A DNA stretch of 64,000 nucleotides from Octopus sinensis (taxonomy: Eukaryota): assembly GCF_006345805.1 (NCBI RefSeq), contig NC_043012.1, forward strand, positions 53,196,001 to 53,260,000, given 5' to 3'. The notes below the pieces were generated by a model, which had not been told where the DNA came from, ran no database searches, and saw nothing but the letters and a program-made list of their open reading frames with translations. The translations under genes and the position numbers were made by a program. Each line of letters begins with the position of its first letter. Positions within the stretch are counted from its first letter, which is position 1. Below, piece after piece: positions 1 to 13,345 of the stretch.

Positions 1-360
1 ATCTATAAAAGATGCTTCTTACACTGAAGCTAAACGGAGGAATCCTAGATCAACGGTCAGGAGCAACCAAACTCTACCAAGGGTAACTGCAACGCTTCCG
101 TAGGGGTCGCGTCCATGGTTGTGTAATCAGCTAATGAAAGATTCATCATGACACAAGCTCCCAATTCAAATTCATAAAAATGGAATTAGATGGCAACAGA
201 GAGTCGTAGAAGTCCGCGAAAAGAGCGAAAAAAAAATCTGCTTCACATATGATACACAGATTGCTATCAGCCACTATATTGATATACTACGTTAGCGACA
301 GCAGATGAAAATTAGAAAAAAAAATGTGTTTACGACTAGTCAAGTGGGGCCGAATAGTCA

Positions 361-424
361 AGTCGAGCCGACCAAAGCCTTGTGAGTGGATTCGGTAGAC
401 GGAAACTGAAAGAAGCCCGTCGTA

Positions 425-430
<6 letters not shown>
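361..430 (+). mobile_element. SINE family A, 5'-truncated fragment running into (TA)n
   Basis: gccgaccaaagccttgtgagtggattcggtagacggaaactgaaagaagcccgtcgtata matches the middle of the full copies at 5808-6250 and 60658-61040. Confidence 0.8.
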
Positions 431-505
<75 letters not shown>

Positions 506-1333
506 TCTTATACATACATATATATATTTCTGCATGTGTATGTATATACATATACATACAGACACATACACATAATGTTAAGGCACAAATTACACATTCT
601 ACGCTTGTTATTCACGTGAGCGAGATATTGGTCAGAATGGACACATAGTATGAGCGATGCTAAAGGATTTTCTGAAAAATAACTCTTCAACTTCAACATC
701 CAGAATAGGTTAATCAAAGTTCCTAACGACACAAGAACTTTGTTTTGAGATATAAATATGGAGACAAAAAAGAAAAAAACAACAACAAATATATTCGTTT
801 ATATGAAAGATACTAACAAACTTCAATCAATAACCTGCATGGAGATTGTTAATCGTGATAGATGTGTAAAATGTCAGAACTAAAACCAACCAATCAGAAC
901 AGTATTTAAATTTTCCTCTGCGAAAGCACAACAAAAATAAATTTATGTAACAAAACAGACACTGATCAATAGTAGATGTATAAACAAATTATTAGACCAG
1001 GCTAGAAAGTAATAATATAATAGAAATAAATTCAACGCAATCAATAATACAACAGACAGAATATCTTTTATAAACAAACACATCGCATATAGAATGTGTA
1101 ACATAAATAAAACGAACCATTGCAACAGAAGAAAGATAAATATGTTACGTAAAAACCTCATAAATCTGATTATGAAAATTTGAAGAGATAGCTTCTGTGT
1201 GGTCCTACGACAGCTAGAAATAGCAATAAAAATTCCCTTAAATCTGCAGTATTTAAGAAAAGGAAAGGTCTCAGTAGGTAATCTAGTCCACTGAAAAAAA
1301 TCAAGACGGTGATGTCAGAATGCTATTGATAAT

Positions 1334-1682
1334 GAGACCCCCTTCGGTCACGACACTGACCATGGGATTGTACCTAGAAAGTTACCGTCCGAGGTACAAG
1401 TCCGGGCAAGGAGGTTTATGGAAGACCAGAAGTCGCTCATGCATACCGGCCTCCCCTCTCTCTCTCTCTACACCTCAAGTATTATCCAAGGGAAAGGCAA
1501 AGGGCCCGATACAGCTTGGCACCTGTGACGTCGCTACTCATTTCTACAGCTGAGTGAACTGGAGCAGCAAAGTGAAATAAAGTCTTGCTCAAAAACACAA
1601 CACCCAGCCCGGCCCGAGATTCGAGCTCAGAACCTCACGATCGTAAGCTCGACGCTCTAACCACTGAGCCATACGCCTTCAC
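1334..1682 (-). mobile_element. tRNA-derived SINE, group C (CORE-like body, distinct LINE-like tail)
   Basis: Minus strand begins gtgaaggcgtatggctcagtggttagagcg (A box) ... gagctcgaatc (B-box-like). Body ttgagcaagactttatttcac..gctccagttcactcagctg is shared with the copies at 36881 and 46393. Flanked by the direct repeat attgataat (1325-1333, 1683-1691). Confidence 0.8.
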
Positions 1683-2052
1683 ATTGATAATAGGGAGAAA
1701 CAACACTAATAGCAACAACAAAAACAACAGTCCATCGTAAATTGGATTCGACGCGAGTGAACCTCAACGTGGCCTTTTGATTCGCCAGAGCTAGTATCCA
1801 AAATTCATCGGTTCAAAACAACTTAAATTAAAAAGGATACACTAGATAATGCAGTCTATGATGTACAAAAATGTGGTATGGCCATGATAGGAACATCTAT
1901 GGTCATAAATCTTTTGAATCAGAAGTGACTGAGATTTAAATAACAACAACAACAACAGCAACAACTAAATTCACTATCTTCAGTTATTGCGCTATTTCGT
2001 ATATTCATTCGCTAAAATCGTCTGCGAAGTCGGTCTAAAAAGAAATCAGCCA

Positions 2053-2450
2053 CTCTTTTCCTTGTTTCAGTCATTTGACTGCGGCCATGCTGGAGCACCG
2101 CCTTTGGTCGAGCAAATCGACTCCAGGACTTATTCTTTGTAAGCCTGGTACTTGTTCTATCAGTCTCTTTTGCCGAACTGCTAAGTTATGGGGGGCGTAA
2201 ATACAACAGCATCGGTTGTCAAGAGATGTTGGGGGAGGACAAACATAGACACACAAACACACACACACATATACATATACATATATACGACGGGCTTCTT
2301 TTAGTTTCTGTCTACCAAATCCACTCATAAGGCTTTGGTCGGCCCGAGGCTATAGTTGAAGACACTTGCCCAAGGTGCCACGCTGTGGGACTGAACCCAG
2401 AACTATGTGCTTGGTAAGCATGCTACTTACCACACAGCCACTCCTGCACC
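2053..2450 (-). mobile_element. SINE family A, full length
   Basis: Head ggtgcaggagtggctgtgtggtaag...gggttcagtccc, CORE-like gcaccttgggcaagtgtctt, internal TA/TG tract, tail ...cagtcaaatgactgaaacaag. Confidence 0.9.
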
Positions 2451-2672
2451 ATTATCTATAATTAAAAAAGACTTAACTTTCAGAATAGTCTCCTCACCGC
2501 CCCACTATTGATCTACCGCTCTAATCCATTTTTTTCCCCCAGTTTGGCAATAGATTCTAGAACATGATTTCAGAGCAAGTATATGATTCTCATAGAGAAT
2601 TTTCTTTGATTTCTTCCTGTCGTCTGGAATAGCAATGGACGATGCCCTTCCAAGCCAAAAAGTTGATCGACA

Positions 2673-2893
2673 TACTCTTTTACTCTTTTACTTGTTTCAG
2701 TCATTTGACTGCGGCCATGCTGGAGCACCACCTTTTAATCGAGCAACTCGACCCCGGGACTTATTCTTTGTAAGCCTAGTACTTATTCTATCGGTCTCTT
2801 TTGCCGAACTGCTAAGTGACGGGGACATAAGCACACCAGCATCGGTTGTCAAGCAATGCTAGGGGAACAAACACAGACACACAAACATACACG

Positions 2894-2989
<96 letters not shown>

Positions 2990-3149
2990 CATATATACGA
3001 CGGACTTCTTTCAGTTTCCGCCTACCAAATCTATTCACAAGGCTTTGGTCGGCCCGAAGACACTCGCCCAAGTTGTCACGCAATGGGACTGAACCCGGAA
3101 CCATGTGGTTGGTAAGCAATCTACTTACCACACAGCCACTCCTGCGCCT
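2673..3149 (-). mobile_element. SINE family A, full length with long internal (CA)n(TA)n
   Basis: Same head, body and tail as 2053-2450. Tail repeat (gagtaaaa)n at 2673-2690. Confidence 0.9.
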
Positions 3150-3369
3150 ATATAAACATTATATTTAAGCAAATTTTATGTGTTTTATATTATATTATAT
3201 TATTTATTTATTTATTCGTTTATTGGTTCGAGCAAATTTTTTCCAGTCCAATGTGACTATCCTTTTTCTTTCAACATCATAGTCTTATATTCATATTTTG
3301 ATATGTCCCCCCCCCGCCCTGTTATAACACTGCAGAGAATGTTTATCACAATCCGATTGATGAGACAAC

Positions 3370-3760
3370 ATTTGTCTGACTGTTTCTTTGTTCTTTGGTT
3401 TATGTGTCAGCATACACAACAGAAATTTTGCGTTGACACGATGCATTTTCAACGAACCTTTACAATATCCCAAATCTTCAGATACTTCCGATGCGGTTGA
3501 GAACCGGTTTGTCAAAGACCACAGCTCGCACGATCACAGCACGTATTTTGAGAAAATTATCCTTCCGAGTTGTGGATTTTCATTCATACTTTATATCCTC
3601 TTCGGTCGATATTCTTCGCGTGTTGAGACACTGGTACTACATGTGACTTTGCGTACGGCTTTAAAAAAACTCATCAGCATATTCTTGTTATAACATCAGG
3701 GAAGTCTCTGAAAATTTTTTGCCAATCTAAAATAGAACTCCACGCAAGTCGCTCTTCCAA
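3370..3760 (-). pseudogene. Degenerate mariner transposase, N-terminal part
   Basis: Translation ...SEVSEDLG...LKMHRVNAKFLLCMLTHKPK resembles the mariner HTH plus the mrrvsakfVPrlLt linker. Many disruptions. Confidence 0.6.
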
Positions 3761-4274
3761 ACTTTTCCTTATTCAGTGTGCTACAAGTCTCAATCTACAC
3801 TAAGTATACCTTCACTTAGACTCATGCAGTTAGTGACTAACAGACATAGTGTATTGTTATTATCAAGCTCAATATTAGCATCACCCGTACACAGCACTAT
3901 TATCACAAACATGCTGAGCCAGTTGAATGTATTGCTATTTTAGTTTTCCGTTTCTTTTACGATAGACAAGCATATATTCTCAACTCTGGCCATAACAGTT
4001 AAACTGTGTAGAGCTGACGAGGTCCAATAACAGCGAAACATATCTAAAATTATTACGTACTGCCAATAATCAGGTGCACCCTGCACTGCATTCTATACCA
4101 AGTAGGTTTAATTCCAGGATTGTTGCCCTTGCTGTTATGATTAAGATTTGCTCCTCTTCACTACGCTTGAAATTTTAATTAAATGATATTCCTTGTCTCT
4201 CTACATTAAATATGTTAGTGCATACTTTACTATTTGATTTTGAAGCAGCAAGTGGCCAGTGAATGTCTTCTACA

Positions 4275-4276
<2 letters not shown>

Positions 4277-4339
<63 letters not shown>

Positions 4340-4405
4340 GTATATATATATGTACGTATATATATACACACACATACATATATATATATGTACGTATATA
4401 TATAC

Positions 4406-4446
<41 letters not shown>

Positions 4447-4543
4447 TATATATATATATATATATGAACGTATATATATATACATACATATATATATATA
4501 TATATGTACGTATATATATATACATATATATATATATATGTAC

Positions 4544-4592
<49 letters not shown>
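4277..4592. repeat. (TA)n microsatellite with tgtacgta interruptions
   Basis: Directly visible. Confidence 0.95.
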
Positions 4593-4598
<6 letters not shown>

Positions 4599-5414
4599 CG
4601 CACACACACATATCTGCGTTTGTATGCATCTGATTGCGTTCGTATTGTACATTTTTGAATTTGAAGAATAATCTTGTTTTAATTAATTTTGCTCGTACCG
4701 TTGCTACCCAGTTGCCTCTCTATCGATTGCTTTTACATTCACCACTCGTCCGATGTTATTAGAATCATTGCCACAAGATGATCAATTTAGACACTTAAGA
4801 GTTCATTACGCTACTGTTTGGAGATAATTACAGAATAAAATTTCCCCTAACATTGCTTTATATTCGTTTGTGAATAAATATAACCTCGTCTTGTTTTGTC
4901 AGTATCTCCACTATAAAGATATTGAAATATACAATTTCGTTTGTAGAACCAAAGTAAATATATTCGCACTTCAATATCACAAGATATTTACAGAGCAAAT
5001 TATTATCTTTTGCTAATATTTCCGCCGAATGTTTGGACAGATAGATTCAATATTTTTCTTATTAATTAATTAATTATATTTATTTGCTTATAAGACTTGC
5101 ACTGTTAATAGGTTTCTAATATTTAATGAACACATAGACAATATAGATTCAAACAAATACGAAAGGCTGAATAAATTTGATGAAAATGGTTTATATAACT
5201 AATTAACACAGAATAAAAGAATTTGTTCTCTGCTCGCTAGAATGAGTAATTTTCTTCAGTACTAATTGGACAACAACAAGTTCGTCAGCCAAAATATAGT
5301 TATTTCAAAAGAAGCTTCGATTTTGACATAAAGTGCTGCACAAAATAAGATCATATATTTTGAAACACAAATAAAATTGCATATATGCGCTCACTGTAAT
5401 GTATTCCTGTATGT

Positions 5415-5472
<58 letters not shown>

Positions 5473-5807
5473 CGCTAATTTTACGTCCAATTATCATAAA
5501 GTAATTATATATTAACCTGTTCCTGTCTACCAAATCCACTCACGTGGCTTTGATCGGCTTGAGGCCATAATAGAAGGCACTTGTTCAAGGTGTCATGCAG
5601 TGGGATCGAACCCGGAGACAAACTTCTTACAACGCAGTCACGCTTGCGACTGTCATAGAAAAACATCATTTCATATGTCTTTTTCTATTTAACACGATAC
5701 AAAATGAAAAAGTGAACTGCTATTTTTGTGGGAGAAAGGAAAAAAGTTCAAACTTTCCTGTGGTCTAGTCATTGTTAGTGTTGTTGTTGCTGAAGTGGCA
5801 GATGTAT

Positions 5808-6031
5808 ACTCTCTTATTTGTTTCAGTCATTTGGCTGTGGCCATGCTGGAGCACCGTCTTTAGTCGAGCAAATCGACCCCAGGACTTATTCTTTGTAAGC
5901 CTAGTACTTATTCTATAGGCCTCTTTTGCCGAACCGCTAGCTAACGTTGACGTAAACACACCAGCATCGGTTGTCGAGCGATGCTGGGGGAGGAAAAACA
6001 CAGACACACAAGCATATACACACAAAAGCAT

Positions 6032-6067
<36 letters not shown>

Positions 6068-6250
6068 TTATACATATGCATATATACGACGGGCTTCTTT
6101 CAGTTTCCGTCAACCAAATCCACTCACAAGGCTTTGGTCGGCCCGAGGCTATAGTAGAAGACACTTGCTCAAGGTGCCACGCAGTGGGGCTGAGCCCGGA
6201 ACCATGTGGTTCGTAAGCAAGCTACTTACCACACAGCCACTCCTACGCCT
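5808..6250 (-). mobile_element. SINE family A, full length
   Basis: Complete head, CORE-like block, internal microsatellite and tail. Confidence 0.9.
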
Positions 6251-6652
6251 GTATGTTCAAAGTCGTTTTACCAATGACCCTCGTCCAGCATATCTTTTCA
6301 GATATAGTCTATCTCGAACAACATAATGTTAATTCATAATTTTTCCTCCTTTAAATTCGATACGGTGGGAATCGATCAAAATTACAAAAATATAACCATA
6401 AGAAATTGATATATACAGACTTGTTACCAGTTCAAATACGTGAGAGCAATCAAGAAAGCCAAACTCTGTATTTTGTCATGGAGAAATATTTTCGCTGTAG
6501 ACTGATAAGTGGAAACATGCCGATTCAGCTTAAAGTACTCCCTAACCAGACTGATGAATACGTAGATTTCGGAGTAGTTATCATTTCTTCAGCTCTAGAA
6601 AGCAAACAGGCATGTGGTGCTTGCCTGGTTGATTTAATATATATACATATAT

Positions 6653-6695
<43 letters not shown>

Positions 6696-6742
6696 CATAT
6701 ATACGACAGGCTTCTTTCAGTTTCCGTCTACCAAATCCACTC

Positions 6743-6811
<69 letters not shown>

Positions 6812-6842
6812 CATATATACATATATATATATATAATACATA

Positions 6843-6920
<78 letters not shown>

Positions 6921-6955
6921 TGGAAGGTTTGGAGATGATGTACAGGTATTATATG

Positions 6956-7297
6956 TTAGAAGAAATGAGGTAATCAGAAGATCGGATGGTTTGTATTTAC
7001 AGATATTTATTTATATATTACATTTTTTATATATATATCATATCACTTAGTTCATTAGCGCTTTCTCCCATTCTAGTGGGGTTTTCAAATGAAAATAAGT
7101 TCCTTTGCTGGGGATTTTAATAATTTAAATGATTAAAATCCCCAGCAAAGGAACTTATTTTCATTTGAAAACCCCACTAGAATGGGAGAAAGCGCTAATG
7201 AACTAAGTGATATGATATATATATAAAAAATGTAATATATAAATAAATATCTGTAAATACAAACCATCCGATCTTCTGATTACCTCATTTCTTCTAA
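6956..7297. repeat. Perfect palindrome with 166-bp arms (6956-7121 / 7132-7297) and a 10-bp spacer, embedded in (TA)n
   Basis: ttagaagaaatgagg...ggggattttaat | aatttaaatg | attaaaatcccc...cctcatttcttctaa. The ORF track gives the same peptide ([15 protein letters not shown]) on both strands. Confidence 0.95.
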
Positions 7298-7380
7298 TAT
7301 ATATATATATACATATATGTATATATGTATATATACACACACACCCACACACACACACACCCACAAACACACACACACAC

Positions 7381-7419
<39 letters not shown>

Positions 7420-7442
7420 CTTGCACAACAAATATTTAAACG

Positions 7443-7473
<31 letters not shown>

Positions 7474-7529
7474 GTATCACGGTAACTACTTGATGAATTC
7501 TTATAAAGATTTTATCCTATTTTTAAATT

Positions 7530-8012
7530 GTTATATAACTGTTGAGGAACTAGCAGAGAAGCTTGGATTTTGTCATTCAACCAGTCATTCATAGAAGGAA
7601 AACGACCATCTTTGGTTTCACGACAAACGGTGTTCTTCCATCAGGATAATGTTCTTGCAACATATAGCTAGAATGACATTCCAAAGGTTGGAGCAGTTTG
7701 AATGGGAAATGATGTCTCACTCACCATTCGTCGGACATTGCCCCATCTGATTATCTTTCATTACGCAGTTTTCAAAATCATTGGACGGAAAAAATATGAA
7801 TTCTGTAGACGAGGCCAGAACAGTACTGGGTGAGTATTTTTCATCACGGACAGGTGAATTTTGGAAGAAGGGCTTTGAAAGTCTACCAGATAGATGGAAG
7901 GGCATTGTAGAAGATGAAAGAGAGTCTATTTTAGATTATAAAAGAGCTTTATCTTAATTTTGAAAAATAAAAGAAGTATAGAAAAGCCGCATAACTTATT
8001 GGATGACCCAAT
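7530..8012 (+). pseudogene. Internally deleted mariner transposase relic with right TIR
   Basis: ITVEELAEKLGFCHST (HTH), VFFHQDN, FEWEMMSHSP..SDIAPSDY (YSPDLAPSD motif). TIR-like gccgcataacttattggatgacccaata ends in TA. Confidence 0.85.
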
Positions 8013-8369
8013 ATACACGCACACATAGTGTGTGTGTGTATGTGTGTGTGTGTGTATGTGTGTGTGTATGTGTGTGTGTTTTGTTCTATCAGGCATATGT
8101 AACTAGGTAGACGGCTAGCCAGTAGACTTGTGCCTTTTTGGTTTAGAAGGGTGTGGACACATCTCTGATGTCACGTGAGTAAGTCTCGTTACCTCTAGGT
8201 TAAAATGGTTAAGCTTGTGCCGGTCAAGGACAAGCATTGTGGAATAAATGATCGGCAGAATTAGCTGCAATAGAGAAGAAACCGGCAGAAAATATCAGAA
8301 AATTTCTATCGAATCTTTATCATAGAAAATTATGAATCTTCAAACTTTACCTCTAGGCATGGTACGTGA

Positions 8370-8655
8370 TGTACGTATGTATGTATGTATGTATGTATGT
8401 ATGTATGTATGTATGTATGTATGTATGTACGTACGTACGTACGTACGTATGTATGTATGTATGCATGTATGTATGTATGTATGTATGCATGTGTACATGT
8501 ATGGATGTATGTATCCATGCATGTATGTATTCAGCCATTTAATTATGTACGTGTGTATGTATGTGTGTGTATGTATGCATGAGTGTATGTATGTATTTAT
8601 GTACGTGTGTATGTATGTGTCTGTATGTATGTATGTGTGTGTGTGTGTGTGTATA
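8370..8655. repeat. (TATG)n/(TG)n compound microsatellite
   Basis: Directly visible. Confidence 0.9.
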
Positions 8656-8684
8656 GCTTAGGATAAGCATAGTAATAACACATA

Positions 8685-8938
8685 TATTCTTTTATTTGTT
8701 TCAATCATTTGACTGTGGCCATGCTGGAGCACCGCCTTTAGTCGAGCGAATCAATCCCAGGACCTATTTTTGTAAGCTTAGTGCTTATTCTATCATTCTT
8801 TTTGCCAAACCGCTAAGTTATTAGGACGTAAAAACACCAACATCGGTTGTCAAACGATGTTGTGGAGACAAACACAGACAGACAAACACAGACACACAAA
8901 CATACACACACATACATACATACATACATACATACATG

Positions 8939-8992
<54 letters not shown>

Positions 8993-9093
8993 CGCATTAG
9001 AAGATACTTGCCTAAGGTGCCACGCAGTGGGACAAAACCCGAAACCATGTGGTTGGTAATGAAGCTACTTACCACACAGACCGTCCTACGCCT
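8685..9093 (-). mobile_element. SINE family A with internal deletion
   Basis: Tail (8685-8880) and head (8998-9093) match family A. The ggaaactgaaagaagcccg block is missing. Confidence 0.8.
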
Positions 9094-9121
9094 GAATATG
9101 TATGTGTATATATATATATAT

Positions 9122-9169
<48 letters not shown>

Positions 9170-9170
<1 letters not shown>

Positions 9171-9352
9171 GGAGGAGAATTCACAAAAATGCAAAAGACG
9201 AAGACAGGTGGTGTAGATAACAAGCAGCTGTATTAGTATAACGCTCGGGAAATGTAAAAGTCTTTAAACGTTTCAAGCCTTCGTTCTTCCACAGAAAGGA
9301 ACACAGAAGAAAACAAGGAGAGAAAATACAGAATGTGTAGCGGCTAGCGATA
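9170..9352 (-). mobile_element. Short microsatellite-flanked element with degenerate hammerhead-like motif (9265-9294)
   Basis: Minus strand CTGTGGAA-GAAC-gaag-GCTT-GAAACGTTTA. Bounded by (TA)n and (CA)n. Confidence 0.45.
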
Positions 9353-9515
9353 CACACACACACATACATGCATACATACATACATACGTACGTACATACA
9401 TACATACATACATACATACATACATACATACATACATACATACATACATACATACATACGTACATACATGCATGCATATATAGACATAACATATATATAT
9501 ACACATATAAGGTTA

Positions 9516-9750
9516 TAAGGCGGCGAGCTGGCAGAAACGGTAGCACGCCGGGCGAAATGCGTAGCCGTATTTCGTTTGCTGTTACGTTCTGAGTTCAAAT
9601 TCTGCCGAGGTCGACTTTGCCTTTCATCCTTTCGGGGTCGATAAATGAAATACCAGTTACGCACTGGGGTCGATGGAATCGACTTAATCGCTTTGTCTGT
9701 CCTTGTTTGTCCCCTCTGTGTTTAGCCCCTTGTGGGTAGTAAAGAAATAT
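9516..9750 (+). mobile_element. SINE family B, full monomer
   Basis: aaggcggcgagctggcagaaacggtagc (A-box-like) ... gagttcaaattc (B box) ... gcctttcatcctttcggggtcgataaa ... ccccttgtgggtagtaaagaaata. Confidence 0.9.
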
Positions 9751-10837
9751 ATATATATACACATATTGTATCCATCCGCCAAATTCACTCAGAAGAAATT
9801 GGTCTGCCAAGGGGTTTATACTAGAAGGCCCTTACTCAGGGGTGCTCGCATTCAGTTTGAAACCAGAACCGCGTGGTTCCAAAGTGAGCTTTTTAACCAG
9901 CCAGCCATGCCTGCACCTAAAAGTTATTTGCGTGTATTTGCAAGTATGTGTCTGAGGGTATGTGTGTGCGTGTGTCTGTGCCTCTGCGTGTGTCTGTGCC
10001 TCTGCGTGTTTGTATGTGTACGAGTGTGTCTGTGCGGGTGTGCTTACGTCTGTGTGTGTCTGTGTTTGTGAGTTTGTGTGTGTGTGTGTGTGTCTGAGGG
10101 CGCGTATGTGTCTGTGTATGTGTGTGTGTATATGTCAGTGTGCCCGTGAGCTTGTGTGTGGGTGTCTGTGTGTCTGAGCGTGCATGTGTATATATGTGTG
10201 TATGTGTGTATGTATGTATGTGAGTGCGTGTGCGTGTGTGTATGCGTGTCTGTGTGAGACTATATGCGTGTACATGTGTATTTGAGTGTGTGTGCATGTA
10301 TGTTTGTATCTTAACTTCGGGAAATAATTATGTAGGTTAGATCACACCAATCCGAAATGGAACTCAGCCAGATCGAAATCAAAATTCTTCACTTGTAAAA
10401 ATTTCCATTTTCTAACCGTCGGCATTTTCGCCAAAGTTATTTGAAAAACAAGACTACTCCTTTGATTCTTGTATGCAATTAGTTCTTTCTCTGATATCAA
10501 AACAGAGCAGAATATATCTTATTTCCCGAAACGCCGAAACCAATCGTTAGATGTTAAATGTTAATCGAGAGATGTTCTATCAAAGCAATCATATTATATA
10601 TCTTGATTATGATTAAGGAAGGCCTGAAGGGAAAAAAACAGATATTAACTACGTGTCATTTTAGATTCGAAATTTAAATGTTGTTCTCAGTTCCAGGCGT
10701 TATATTTTGACTGAAAATATTTTGATAATAAAGAACAAAAGTATACAAAGGCGACATAAGTTCGCCATGAAAATGTCTAAAAATACATTTGTGTATTTTA
10801 GTTTGCATACACTTTCAAATATATTCCTCTTGCGCAT

Positions 10838-10981
10838 GTTATTGTTGTTGTTGTTGCTGTTGTTGTTGTTGTTCTTGTTCTTCTTGTTCTTCTTCTTCTT
10901 CTCCTTTTTCTTCTTCATCTTTTTATTCTTCTTCTCCTCCTCCTCCTTCTTCTTCTCCTTTTTCTTCTTCTTCTCCTCCTC

Positions 10982-11040
<59 letters not shown>
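10838..11040. repeat. Compound trinucleotide microsatellite (TTG)(TTC/TCC)(TTA)
   Basis: Directly visible. Confidence 0.95.
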
Positions 11041-11234
11041 TAGTGTGCTCGTACCGTCAGAAATGACGGCATGAAAATGATACGGAAAATAAAAGTGAAA
11101 TAAAAAATATTCCAGCCGTTATCTCAGTAATTGCTTCATCACCACGTTTCTAACGAAAACCCTACCAGCAATAAGTTCGCCTTGATTTGGATGGTCCATT
11201 TCAGTATTAATTAATTCCTCCATTCTTCTCATCG

Positions 11235-11269
<35 letters not shown>

Positions 11270-11796
11270 TTCTCTCTGTGCTGCTTCCTCTCCCGTTTCA
11301 TCTTGTTGCCTTTGTGATGCTCTCATTCTTAGATAGTCTCTCCTTACTGCTACTTGCTCTTCTATTTCATCTTGGCGCTTTTGTACTGCTCTCTCGCTCC
11401 CTTTGAATACCTCTCCTTTGTGCAATTAGGTGCCTTTTCATTTTGACGTCTTCGAGCCTGTCTCCTTGTGTCTTGCTCTCGTCCTTCTAGTCTCATTTCG
11501 TGTGATTGATTTAATAACTTTAATATACTGTTCAATCTTCTTGCGTTCAGTTCTTCCTGAGTGACACTGGCTGTTCTTCGCCTTGGTCTCTCTCTCTAGC
11601 TAACTGTCGCCTTCTGTCTGATTAATTCTCCAAAGCAGGTGGATGGGTATATTTAATACAACGGAACACAAACTTCAGAACAAATAAATGTATTTGTGTG
11701 TGCGTGTATGTGTGTGTGTATGTGTAAACGTTAGTTTTTTTTATATTTCTATACGTAAGTATACTAGCTCAAAAATTACACAGGATTACATTAACG

Positions 11797-12241
11797 GGAT
11801 CTTTTCGGTTTGAACGGCAGTTTTTTAAAAATAATTTCCACGTAACTAAACACTTTTAAACTTCGTATACTGGTAGAATGTGTTTATAAAACATCTTTTT
11901 CTCTTGGCTTTATTGAGAAAATTCTATAGTTTGTAAGATATTTGTTGTTTGTTTTTCTTCAATTTCTGCAATTTCAATCAATCAAAGACGTCTATTGAGG
12001 TGAAAACATTCTGTGCCGTATGAAAAATTCCCTCGTTTAAGAAACAGATTGGGTTTATTTACATTTCTGAAGAAAAAAAGATACCCTTCCCCCACCCCTA
12101 CCCCTAAACCTAACTAACCCTAACTCTAACCCTAACCCTAAAATAGATTGAAATGCAATAGATCGATACTAGGATCATAATTATGGGTGACAATTTCATA
12201 TGACACCGCAAGAAAAAACTGCCGTTCAAACCAAAAGATCC
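11797..12241. mobile_element. MITE with GGATC TIRs, 8-bp TSD and internal (CCCTAA)-like repeats, copy 1 (Merlin-like)
   Basis: TIR ggatcttttcggtttgaacggcagttttt / aaaaactgccgttcaaaccaaaagatcc. TSD cattaacg (11789-11796) / ctttaacg (12242-12249). Telomeric repeats at about 12095-12142. Confidence 0.9.
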
Positions 12242-12778
12242 CTTTAACGGCATACACACAATGGCTTATTTTTTTCCAGCAACGTCTACACGTTCTCTAT
12301 CTCTGTCTGTCTGTCTCTCTCTCTCTGACTCTCTCTCTGTCTCTCTCTCTCACTCTTTACCGCCTGAAACGGAAAAACATCTTGAAGACAAATTTCACCG
12401 CCTTGGCAAAATTCTTTATTCATAAATGTTTACGAATATCACCGTATCAGCAATATTTGCAAATATTCGTAATTACCTTCCTTACATATTTAGCTTTCTT
12501 TAAACAGACAATATCATCAAGATTTCTTTCAATAGACAATATTTCAATTTTATAACTTTAAAATTACTAATTTACTTATCTTATATTCTATTAACTTTGC
12601 AACTTTTTCAGCAGAAAAAATCTTCCGGAACAGTCAAACACCCACAGAGATACAGAAAAAATAATTTTGAGGAGCAAAATCCTAATTTACTTATTGTTAT
12701 CAATGTTTACCAGAAAAGAAAATATGCGTTCATCGAATAAAAATGAAAATGTTGTTGAGAGAAAGAGAGGAAGAGTGA

Positions 12779-12810
<32 letters not shown>

Positions 12811-13345
12811 AAGAAAGAAAGAAAGAAAGAGAGTAACTGAGTGAAAAAGATAGAAAATGTAGATAGATGGAGAGAGAGGGTGAGAGAAAGAGAAAGGCAG
12901 CGTTCATCAATAAAGTGAAAAGGATTTTGTTGAGAGAGAGTGCGAGAGGCGCTGTTTCATACCATTTCCTCTCACTGTTATTACCATTTTGTCTCTTCTC
13001 TTTCTTTTTTTACTCTTACTTACACTGCTGCTTCCTCATTGCGTGATTTTGGACAAACTTACAAACAATCATTAGATTATTATGATCGTCTAGCTGGAGA
13101 TGTGGTTTTGGGGCGTTGTGAGTTTATGTTTAATTCACTTGCTTTAAAAGGCTCAATACTGTATTCTGTTCGTTAAATCGTTTTGCAAGCCAGATGCCCT
13201 TGTGGCGGGCGGGATTGACGTTTGTTAACCAAAGCTCCATTTTGGGGGTGATACAAACCTTTTTGTTTTCAAATTTCTTCGAAAATTTGCTTCGAAGAAA
13301 ATAAATGTTGAAGATGGTGACAAAAAGCAAGAGTGAAGAAAGACG

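Noticed and set aside
4014-4046. CTGACGA-ggtccaataacagc-GAAAC, a canonical-looking hammerhead core
   Set aside because: Stem II does not pair beyond 1-2 bp and no stem III or stem I is evident. It may be a decayed copy but cannot be supported.
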